Positions 22,133-30,679 of a stretch of 64,000 nucleotides of DNA are shown here, piece after piece. Numbering within the stretch: the first letter of the stretch is position 1; each line of letters opens with the position of its first letter. The notes under the pieces were generated by a model that worked only from the letters and a program-made list of their open reading frames with translations, did no database searches and was not told where the DNA came from. The position numbers and the translations under genes are program-made. Source of the DNA: Phycisphaerales bacterium (lineage in GTDB: Bacteria; Planctomycetota; Phycisphaerae; WQYP01); NCBI GenBank assembly GCA_027451365.1, contig DAIDJN010000040.1, positions 84,711-148,710 of the forward strand, given 5' to 3'.

Positions 22133-23569
22133 ATGGATTCGTTGAATCAAAGTCGCAGGCTCGCGGATCGGGTGGCTTTGCCAATCCGCATCGGCTGGGG
22201 CACCGGCGGCCTGACTGACAGTTTCATGACCACCTTGCTCTACAGCCTGGCGCTGGTCATTTTTCCATTGTATTGGGGGCTGCCTGCCGCATGGGTCGGC
22301 CTGGCGCTGGGCTTGCCGCGAATTGTGGATGCCGTTGTGGATCCTTTAGTCGGTTATCTTTCAGATAACACCCGCTCGCGATGGGGGCGGCGGCGGCCTT
22401 ATATGCTGGCTGGAATACTTCTTTGTGCATTTTTACTGCCCGCCATTTGGGCACCGCCATTTCAATCGCCGAACCACGTGGTCTGGTGGCTGGTAATTGG
22501 GCTGTTGCTTTATGCCATCGGCTATTCCCTTTATGTGGTTCCCTATACGGCGCTGGGTTATGAACTGACCGAGGATCAGGACGAACGCAGCCGCGTTCTG
22601 GCCTGGCGTATGTACATTGGTCTTCCGGCCAGTTTGCTGGCCGCCTGGTATCTTCCAATCTGTCTGAAACTTGGCCCGGTGTTTGGCAAGGTCAGCACTG
22701 CCGCGATGGCGCTTGCCGCCTGCGCCGGCGTGGCCATTCTGGTGACAGGGGCAATTCCACTTTTTGCGTGTCGCCGGCTGCATGAACTTCCGCTGCCGGC
22801 ACAGCGGATTGCCCCCTGGACCGCTTTAACCCGGACCCTGACCAGCGTCCCGTTTGTAATCATGTCCCTGGCGTACATTCCTCTGATTGTAGTGGCAACA
22901 GGTGCTTACAGCATAAATATATATCTAAATTTCTTTTATGTATACGCGGGCAATGTGCACAATCAACAACTGGGCGCAAGGGTGGCCGGATGGAGCAGTA
23001 CGCTGGTCGGGTTGCTGGCGTATGTCAGCCTGCCGCTGCTGACATGGCTGTCTGTGCGCACGTCTAAAAAGGCAGCCTTGCTTGGCGGCATGGTACTGGT
23101 CACACTGGGGCAGCTTACCCAATGGTTTACCATTACGCCGAAGGCTCCCTATCTGCAGCTTGGTTCGCAGTTTATCGCCGGATTAGGCCTCGGCGGCTGC
23201 TGGCTGATGATTGCCTCCATGATCGGCGACATTTGCGATGATGATGAGCTTAAATGCGGCCAGCGCCGTCAGGGCCTGTTCAGCGCAGTCAATTCCCTGA
23301 CCCAGAAAGTTGGGATTGGCCTGGGGGCGATCCTCGCGGGGCAATTAATCTCCTGGTCGGGTCTGGACCCCGAAGCGGCGCGGCGGCTGCATTATGCCCC
23401 GGCCGCCGCGATCACCAAACTCCGGATATGGTATGCGTTCGGCGGTTCCGCCATTCTGCTGTGCGCTTCTGTTTTTATTCTGTTCTATCCGATTACGCGT
23501 CAGCGGGCGCAAAAAACACGTGAATTGCTGGACGCCCGTCGCGGCGATCTGCCTGCCGCCGGACGATAA
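22133..23569 (+). CDS. MFS glycoside-pentoside-hexuronide (MelB-like) transporter
   Basis: DAVVDPLVGYLSDNTRSRWGRRRPY, PYTALGYEL and DICDDDELKCGQRRQG, with ~12 hydrophobic helices. Confidence 0.92.
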   Translation: MDSLNQSRRLADRVALPIRIGWGTGGLTDSFMTTLLYSLALVIFPLYWGLPAAWVGLALGLPRIVDAVVDPLVGYLSDNTRSRWGRRRPYMLAGILLCAFLLPAIWAPPFQSPNHVVWWLVIGLLLYAIGYSLYVVPYTALGYELTEDQDERSRVLAWRMYIGLPASLLAAWYLPICLKLGPVFGKVSTAAMALAACAGVAILVTGAIPLFACRRLHELPLPAQRIAPWTALTRTLTSVPFVIMSLAYIPLIVVATGAYSINIYLNFFYVYAGNVHNQQLGARVAGWSSTLVGLLAYVSLPLLTWLSVRTSKKAALLGGMVLVTLGQLTQWFTITPKAPYLQLGSQFIAGLGLGGCWLMIASMIGDICDDDELKCGQRRQGLFSAVNSLTQKVGIGLGAILAGQLISWSGLDPEAARRLHYAPAAAITKLRIWYAFGGSAILLCASVFILFYPITRQRAQKTRELLDARRGDLPAAGR

Positions 23570-23694
23570 CCTGGCCGGCCATTATTTACCCCGCGCCGGC
23601 ACCCATGGCGGAGGTACTCGCGGCTGCCCGCGGTGGCGTTGCTTTAAGGTTCGCTGAAGCTTCGCACTTTGGCACCAGAACCGGCTCCGTCGCG

Positions 23695-25104
23695 CTATTC
23701 CAACAGCTTGACGGCTTCGTCCAGCGTGCGGCACGGGAAAATTGTCATTGTTTTTCCGGCGGTTGCCAAGGCCGATTTATCCGCCGCACTGCGCTGTACC
23801 GGAACAATGACTCGCTTGTAGCCCAATCTGGCCGCTTCATTGAGTCGCTGGGCAAGCTGCCCGATCTGCCGCAGTTCTCCCAGAAGGCCAAGTTCGCCCA
23901 TCACCAGAGTATCCGAGGTCAGCCCGCGCTTCAGGTGCGAGCCGGCAATGGCCAGGGCAATCGCCGCGTCGGCGGCCGGGTCCACCACTTTCAGTCCGCC
24001 CACCACGTTTACAAATACATCTTTATCCACCAGCCGCAGGCCGGCGCGTTTTTCCAGCACGGCGATAATCATGGCCACGCGGTTGACATCGCATCCACTT
24101 ACTTTCCGCCGCGCCGCACCCAACATGCTGTCCGCCGTCAGGGCTTGTACTTCCACCGCCAGCACGCGCGACCCCTGCATTGCGGCGGTAATCACGCTTC
24201 CGTTGGCGGACCCTTCATGGGTTTCAATAAGCAGGGCGGAGGCATCCTCCAGCGGTTCCAGGCCGGAATTGCCCATGCGGAAAATGCCGACTTCCAGCGT
24301 GCTGCCGTGGCGGTTTTTCACGCAGCGGACGATGCGGTGGTCGTGGTGGGTGTCGCCTTCAAAATAAAGCACCGTATCCACGACATGTTCCAACAGCTTC
24401 GGCCCCGCCAGCATCCCTTTTTTTGTAACATGCCCGACCAGACATACAGCCGATCCGCCCGATTTTGCCAGAAACACCAATTCCTGGCAGCAATCCTTCA
24501 ACTGGGAAACGCTGCCCGGGGGAGAAGGGTTGGTGGTTTTATAAATCAGTTGAACCGAGTCAATAATGCACAGGTGGGGCCGATGTTTTTGAATCTGCCG
24601 GGAAATTTTTTCCAGATCGCATTCGGCGTAAACCAGAAGCTTTTCATGATTGACACCCAGCCGGCCGGCGCGAAGTTTGGTCTGCTGGGCGGATTCTTCA
24701 CTGCTGACGTAAAGAACCTTAAATCCCTGCCGAGCCATGCGGTCGCCAGCCTGGAGCATCAGTGTGGATTTTCCAATACCCGGATCGCCCCCCAGAAGAA
24801 TAGCGCTTCCGGGCACCACCCCGCCACCCAGAACGCGGTCAAATTCCGGCAACCCGGTGACAATCCGCGGTACTTGAAAATCAGGAATTTCCGAAACGCT
24901 GCGGGCGGGCACGTCCTGCATGGTTGCGCGCATGCCGGTGGCTGCGTCGCCATCAGAAAGAATGGCCGGTCGATGTGGATCCGCTGCGGACTCGGTGATC
25001 TGGTCCAGGGAATCCCACGCGTCACAATCTGGGCATTTGCCCATCCATTTGGGCTGCATAGCGCCGCATTGTCGGCAAACAAAATAAGATCTGGTTTTAG
25101 CCAT
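23695..25104 (-). CDS. radA: DNA repair protein RadA/Sms
   Basis: C4 zinc finger CRQCG...KCPDC, Walker A GGDPGIGKST, KNRHG and Lon-like C-terminal domain. Confidence 0.97.
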   Translation of the reverse strand: MAKTRSYFVCRQCGAMQPKWMGKCPDCDAWDSLDQITESAADPHRPAILSDGDAATGMRATMQDVPARSVSEIPDFQVPRIVTGLPEFDRVLGGGVVPGSAILLGGDPGIGKSTLMLQAGDRMARQGFKVLYVSSEESAQQTKLRAGRLGVNHEKLLVYAECDLEKISRQIQKHRPHLCIIDSVQLIYKTTNPSPPGSVSQLKDCCQELVFLAKSGGSAVCLVGHVTKKGMLAGPKLLEHVVDTVLYFEGDTHHDHRIVRCVKNRHGSTLEVGIFRMGNSGLEPLEDASALLIETHEGSANGSVITAAMQGSRVLAVEVQALTADSMLGAARRKVSGCDVNRVAMIIAVLEKRAGLRLVDKDVFVNVVGGLKVVDPAADAAIALAIAGSHLKRGLTSDTLVMGELGLLGELRQIGQLAQRLNEAARLGYKRVIVPVQRSAADKSALATAGKTMTIFPCRTLDEAVKLLE

Positions 25105-25234
25105 GAAGGCAGTATACCGCACGGGAATTCTTCACGCCTGCGCAGAAAAACCCTTATCGTCTGCTGAAATTTGTAATTTCAACAGACGCTCTGAACTTTC
25201 TGCTTTGATTTTAAGCTTTGCTTGTGGCGAAAGC

Positions 25235-25504
25235 TTAAAGTCCGGCCTTTAATTGCCGTTCGGCTTCCAGCCAGTCCGTTTGCTGATTGCCCGGACCAAA
25301 ACCGCGCTTCAGATAAATCTGATACGCACGTTCAGATATCTGCTGATGCGTGATCGAGCGGGCGATTTCCTTGGCCGGACGAACTGCGGTAGCGGTGCCG
25401 CTGCCCTTGGTTTCCGAGCGGCTGACAACCGGGGCCGCGGGGGCCTTTGTGACCACGGCGGCCGGGGCGGTGGTTGGGGCTGCGATTTTCTTTTTTGGTG
25501 GCAT
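25235..25504 (-). CDS. DUF2934-domain small protein
   Basis: C-terminal ISERAYQIYLKRG...DWLEAERQL with Ala/Pro/Lys-rich N-terminus. AAGGAG RBS precedes ATG 25504. Confidence 0.85.
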   Translation of the reverse strand: MPPKKKIAAPTTAPAAVVTKAPAAPVVSRSETKGSGTATAVRPAKEIARSITHQQISERAYQIYLKRGFGPGNQQTDWLEAERQLKAGL

Positions 25505-26166
25505 GGGATACTCCTTTTGTAACTGCGGCGGTTCGGTCCCGAACCAATACCGCCAGCGAACCTGAAATTGGCAGGTCGCTGAACCGTTGAAAGACCAAAA
25601 TGGCAATCCTGAGCTATGCCGGAAATTTATTCCATTCGGCATCCGTTCAGCGGCAATGCTGCCAGCGGTTTGGCGACCATAAAGGCCGACCGATGCGGCA
25701 GCATGAGCAAGGATTTAACAGGGCGAATAGCCGGGTTATAAGCCTTGGGCAGGCTTTCATGGAAACGGCCCCTTTTTGTGCGCACATCCCCCCCAACCAG
25801 GCACTGTTTCCACCCCAGCTTCACCCCGCCACGTCGCCGGGACCGACTCCCGGCGATTGCCTTTCCAATCCGTTGTAGTAAGTTATGGGGCTGGTGTCAA
25901 GCCCGCGCCCGTATCAGGCCGATAAGAGATTGTGCCTGATCCCCCTGGTGGTCGGCTGCAATGTGCGCCGACGGCGGACGGGCTGTTCCCATCTGCGTTA
26001 AGGTGCATCTGGAAGAGGTGTTTTGAGAGAGTGCGTCTGGCGGATTCCGGCATATCAGCCGGGCCGGGCGGCTGAAAATTGCGTTCTTAAATTGCGATGG
26101 CTGAACTTGGCCCATTGACACACCGCGTTCAAAGGAACGTTTGACTGGCGCGGGATTCCGAGGCGA

Positions 26167-27252
26167 TTGAACATGAGTCTGGTTGTGGCACGACGAAAAT
26201 TCAAACCGCGCCGCCGCAACCGGACGGTCTTTTTTCAGCGGACCGCCTGGACCCCCGTAGTGGCGGTGGCCGTGCCGCGAGGCAAATCATCAAGTCTGGC
26301 GGGTTGGGGCACTTCCGTGCTCCTTCACGCCGGTGTGATAATTTTAGCGCTTCTGGCCTACCATCTTTTGCATCATCGAATTAAAGCGCCTTCTCAAGCG
26401 TTTGTGGTGCCGGAATCGTTTGGCCCGGTCGCTCCTGTGCATAAGGGTATCACCCAGAATCAGGCGACGTCGGCTGCAAAAATAAATTCGCTCAAACGGG
26501 TACTGGCGACTGCGGAAAAGGAATCCCGAAAAAACCCGACCTCCATTAGTGATCTTTTAAGTGGTGCCGCCGGTCGAAAGAACGCGAGCCTTATTGGCCT
26601 TGGCTCGACTGGTTCAATCGGCGGTGCCATGTGGGGTGCCGGCCCGACAAGTGGAAACGCCGCCGCGTTTGGCATAGCCAGCGGGCAGGCGGGGCACGGG
26701 CCGCCAATATCGTTTTTCGGAGTGAAGAACAAGGCGTCCCGCATCGTGCTGTTGATCGACCACAGTGGATCCATGATCGGCAAGCTTCATCTGGTGAAGG
26801 CACAGGTCCGCATCACGCTGGATCATCTGCTGCCATTTCAACATTTTGCCGTCATCAGCTTTGCAAATAGGTATAAAATTCTGGGACCTGATCGGCTTAT
26901 TGCCGGGACGGTGCAGAATCGCCGCCGGGTTAAGGAACTGCTGCATTCTGTTCTGGCGGAGGGCCATAATGATGACGAACTTGCGCCGTTCCTGAACCCA
27001 TTTATTGTCGCATTCAAGATGAAGCCGCAGGTGATATATTTTCTGACTGATGGCCATTTCGATAAAAGGCTGATCAGTCGGATAGCCCAATTGGACCGAC
27101 ATGACCATGTTCAGGTCGATACGTTCGCTTTTCTTGATCGGGACCCGCTGTTTATCCAGCATTTGAAACAAATTTCCAGGCAGACCAACGGGCGGTTTGT
27201 CTACGTATCGCGACATTTGCTTTCGCGAGCGCAGTCCGATGCAGTTCCGTAA
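26167..27252 (+). CDS. Single-TM, Gly-rich linker, vWA-domain protein (intact MIDAS)
   Basis: TM segment SVLLHAG..., SFFG and motifs IDHSGSM and YFLTDG. Confidence 0.85.
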   Translation: MNMSLVVARRKFKPRRRNRTVFFQRTAWTPVVAVAVPRGKSSSLAGWGTSVLLHAGVIILALLAYHLLHHRIKAPSQAFVVPESFGPVAPVHKGITQNQATSAAKINSLKRVLATAEKESRKNPTSISDLLSGAAGRKNASLIGLGSTGSIGGAMWGAGPTSGNAAAFGIASGQAGHGPPISFFGVKNKASRIVLLIDHSGSMIGKLHLVKAQVRITLDHLLPFQHFAVISFANRYKILGPDRLIAGTVQNRRRVKELLHSVLAEGHNDDELAPFLNPFIVAFKMKPQVIYFLTDGHFDKRLISRIAQLDRHDHVQVDTFAFLDRDPLFIQHLKQISRQTNGRFVYVSRHLLSRAQSDAVP

Positions 27253-27566
27253 CCGCTTGTGGACAAATAACCACCTCCGCGGGCGCTGAAATTTGTGTCA
27301 TTACTGACACTGTCGGAAGCCCGTTTGTGACAGAATTGGCACAATGCCACGTGGCCTGATCGTGCGGAATGGATAAAAATATCGGGAAATACAGCCTGCG
27401 TCCTGAATTACACTTCTGGTACGGCGATTGCTTTATTTAACCATGTTGCATTTGGCGAGTCCCAGGCGGATGGGCTTGTTGAATGCAACATGAAGGTGGT
27501 CAACGGCGTGCCCCACGGCAACGGTTAGGCCTTTTGTCCGGTTGGCGGAATCAGGAGACGTGGAAT

Positions 27567-28670
27567 ATGAGTCAGGCAACTTCGAACTCCGGCTTTGGAC
27601 CCAAGCGGCCTTCGCGGCCGTCAAAACCCGGCGGCAGTACCACGCCGCCACCGCCCGCTCCCCCCACGCGCGGCGAGCCGGCAGGCAAGCAGCCGGAAGA
27701 TCACGACGATCAGGCGGAGTTGGCGGTTGCCGAGGGCGGCGAAATACCGGCGTGGCTCGACGCCGCCATCCCCTGGATTTCATCGATTCTCATTCACCTC
27801 GGGATTTTTCTGGTTCTGCTGTTTGCCATTAAAGCCATCAGCACCGTGATTCACAAGAAGGCCCATCCGATTATTATTCCGCAAGCCTGGAATTCCCGCT
27901 TTTCCCTGCATCCTGGCGGCCATCCGCATCCGGGGCATAATAACAATCCATTGCATAGCGCGCGGCAGGATATCAAACGTGCGCTTAGCCACAGTGCCAA
28001 CACCACGACATCCATTAACAAGCTGTTGTCGGACAGTTCACAGCATTCGTTGGCCTTTATTGCCGTTGGCCCGCATGGCGGAACTGCCAGCGGCGGCGCG
28101 CTGGCTTCCTTTGGCGTTCCCGGTGGTGGCATGGGTTCCGGACCGCCTTCGCAGTTCATAGGCCACGGCGGTAATGCCACGCGCATTGTGTATATCATTG
28201 ACCATGCTGGCGGCATGTTGGACAACTTTGGGTTTCTGGAGCGCAAGCTTGATAGTTCGATTGATCGGCTGGTGCCGCTTCAGTCTTTCTCCGTCATTAT
28301 TTTTCGCAAGCGCTTCCACGTTCTTGGCCCGTCCGCCCGCACCGGCAAGCTGGAGCCAGCCACGGGCAAAATTAAGCAGGAAGTTCGTGCCGCCATCAAG
28401 CGGGTTCAGCCGCAAGGCCCCAACGCGTATCGCCTGAATTACTTCCTTAAGCCGTTTCAGGCTGCATTCCGGATGCGCCCCCAAATCATTTACTTTCTGA
28501 CCAACGGTTCATTTGACCCGAAGCTGATTACTGAAATTCAGAAACTCAATAAGGGCAAAAAGGTTATTATTTTTACGTATGCCTTTTTCAATCACGATCC
28601 GATATTTAATGAACAGCTTAAGAAAATCGCCGCGGAGAACCGCGGGGAATACAAGCTGGTAACCCGCTGA
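27567..28670 (+). CDS. Paralogous TM + vWA-domain protein (degenerate MIDAS)
   Basis: TM segment SILIHLG..., IDHAGGM and YFLTNG. CAGGAG upstream of ATG 27567. Confidence 0.85.
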   Translation: MSQATSNSGFGPKRPSRPSKPGGSTTPPPPAPPTRGEPAGKQPEDHDDQAELAVAEGGEIPAWLDAAIPWISSILIHLGIFLVLLFAIKAISTVIHKKAHPIIIPQAWNSRFSLHPGGHPHPGHNNNPLHSARQDIKRALSHSANTTTSINKLLSDSSQHSLAFIAVGPHGGTASGGALASFGVPGGGMGSGPPSQFIGHGGNATRIVYIIDHAGGMLDNFGFLERKLDSSIDRLVPLQSFSVIIFRKRFHVLGPSARTGKLEPATGKIKQEVRAAIKRVQPQGPNAYRLNYFLKPFQAAFRMRPQIIYFLTNGSFDPKLITEIQKLNKGKKVIIFTYAFFNHDPIFNEQLKKIAAENRGEYKLVTR

Positions 28671-28753
28671 CACCCCTGCCGGGCGAAGCTGGTTTCGCCC
28701 GGTGAACCGTTATCCGCCGGTTGTTCCGGCATCGTTTGCACACAGGAGATACC

Positions 28754-29605
28754 ATGGCAAATTCCTACGCAAGTTCCAAATTTCGCATTGGCCTGCTGGC
28801 AGTTCTGGCGGTTGGGGCGGTTCTGGCCATTGGCCATACCGCCATGGCCGCCACGGGCGGGTCGGGCGGCCACACTGCGTACCATCCGAATCCGGTCCTA
28901 TGGGGCCTGGATATTGCGGTGATCATCGTTCTGGTTGGCGCATCGTTGGCCAGCGTCGCACTGATAATTGACGCGATTATTCATCTGCGCGAAAGCAAAA
29001 TCGCACCTGTAGAAACGACGGAACACATCCGTTCCCTGATTGAAGCCCGTCAGTTCAAAGAATTGATGGAATTTACCGCGGTGGACCAATCTTTTATCAG
29101 CAAAGCACTGTACGCCGGTGTGCGGCGCGCTCACTTGGGTTATGCCGCGATGCGCGAAGGTCTGGAAAATGCCGCTGCGGAACAAAGCTCCAATCTTTTC
29201 CGTCGGATTGAAATGCTCAATGTTATTGGCAACATTGGTCCGCTGATCGGGCTGCTGGGAACGGTCTTAGGCATGATCGAAGCGTTCTACGCCCTGCATC
29301 ATACTGGCGGTCATGCCAAGGTCACCGACCTTTCCGCCGGTATTGCAACCGCGTTGTGGCATACCTTTGGCGGCCTGGCGGTAGCCATTCCTTCGCTCAT
29401 TGCCTTCGGCTTCTTCCGCACCCGGCTGGATAAAACCGTGACCCGCGCGTCGCTGCTTTCCGATGAACTCCTGGAAAGCCTGCGTCCGCCCGAAACGGGC
29501 AAGGGCGTTTCGCCTGCCGCTGCGGCCGCCGGCGAAGCCCGCTCCGCCGCCCGGCCTGTTCCCCGCCGCACCCCGGCGGATTCCAATGCCGGTTCCGAAT
29601 CGTAA
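28754..29605 (+). CDS. MotA/TolQ/ExbB proton channel protein
   Basis: IGNIGPLIGLLGTVLGMIEAF and GIATALWHTFGGLAVAIP. Confidence 0.93.
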   Translation: MANSYASSKFRIGLLAVLAVGAVLAIGHTAMAATGGSGGHTAYHPNPVLWGLDIAVIIVLVGASLASVALIIDAIIHLRESKIAPVETTEHIRSLIEARQFKELMEFTAVDQSFISKALYAGVRRAHLGYAAMREGLENAAAEQSSNLFRRIEMLNVIGNIGPLIGLLGTVLGMIEAFYALHHTGGHAKVTDLSAGIATALWHTFGGLAVAIPSLIAFGFFRTRLDKTVTRASLLSDELLESLRPPETGKGVSPAAAAAGEARSAARPVPRRTPADSNAGSES

Positions 29606-29686
29606 CAAGTGTCGCCCGGCCGGGGCGGGAATTTCGCCCCTGCCGGGACGGACTAAAACAATGTTCCCCAATGGAGCTTGTGAAAG

Positions 29687-30127
29687 ATGAAACTCCAAGG
29701 CATTAAACCGATGCAGGACATGCACATCAACGTGACACCGTTGATCGACATCGTCATGTGCCTGATCATTTTCTTCCTGCTGGTTGGTCATATTGCCAAG
29801 CAGGCATCGATAAAGGGTGTGAAAATTCCCGTCGCGCACAATGGTAAGTCGATAAGCAACCGCAGCAATGAACTGATCCTGAATGTGGTGCCGCGTCACA
29901 GCAGCATCGCCGGTGTGCAGCGGAGACCGCGGATATGGGTATGGGGGCAGGAAGTACCGCAGGCCAACCTTGGGGAAATGTTGCGGGCGTTTAAGCGGAA
30001 AAATCCTAATCTGCGTCTGGTGCTGCGGGCGGACCAGAGTATCCATTACCGCTATATCGCGCCGATTCTGACAGATTGTGCCGCCGCCGGTATTGACAGC
30101 ATTCACTTTATGGCACGTCGCCCGTGA
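29687..30127 (+). CDS. ExbD/TolR family protein
   Basis: NVTPLIDIVMCLIIFF and LRAD. Confidence 0.93.
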   Translation: MKLQGIKPMQDMHINVTPLIDIVMCLIIFFLLVGHIAKQASIKGVKIPVAHNGKSISNRSNELILNVVPRHSSIAGVQRRPRIWVWGQEVPQANLGEMLRAFKRKNPNLRLVLRADQSIHYRYIAPILTDCAAAGIDSIHFMARRP

Positions 30128-30175
30128 AGTCCCGCGGCAGGTCGCCGATTGTTCAACCTTTGAAAGGTTCGCATC

Positions 30176-30637
30176 ATGTCATCCGCACCTGGTTCCAAAC
30201 GCAACAAGCTTGTGCCCATGGCGGCGCACGTAGGTCCAAACATGACTCCCATGGTCGATGTGGTCATGGTGATCCTTATATTTTTCATGCTGGGCAGCTC
30301 GTTTGCCAGCCGCAACTGGTATCTGACCAACAACACCCCGGCGATCAAAGGTGGATTGTCCAATATTAAAACGCACGCCATGCCTGCCACACGTATCGAT
30401 ATACGTGTTCAAATGCGCGGCACGCGCGCCATGGTTATGATCGGGGTATTTCAGACGGAAGACCTGAAGGGGCAGCTTTACCGCTTCCTGGTGAAAAAGA
30501 AAAAACTGTTCGGAAAAAAAGTCAAGGTCATTCTGACGCCCGACAACAACGTTCCCTACCAGGATGTCATTACGGTGTACGCCAACTGTGTAAAGGCGCA
30601 GTATCATCAAGTGGCTTTCGGATACCCAAGAGAATGA
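30176..30637 (+). CDS. Second ExbD/TolR family protein
   Basis: NMTPMVDVVMVILIFFM and VPYQDVI. Confidence 0.92.
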   Translation: MSSAPGSKRNKLVPMAAHVGPNMTPMVDVVMVILIFFMLGSSFASRNWYLTNNTPAIKGGLSNIKTHAMPATRIDIRVQMRGTRAMVMIGVFQTEDLKGQLYRFLVKKKKLFGKKVKVILTPDNNVPYQDVITVYANCVKAQYHQVAFGYPRE

Positions 30638-30679
30638 TCGCGGAAGACACGCCGGTGCCATCATCCGGATAGCCATTTC

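Noticed and set aside
23605..25167. 520-aa + strand ORF
   Set aside because: Antisense shadow of radA with no recognisable motifs
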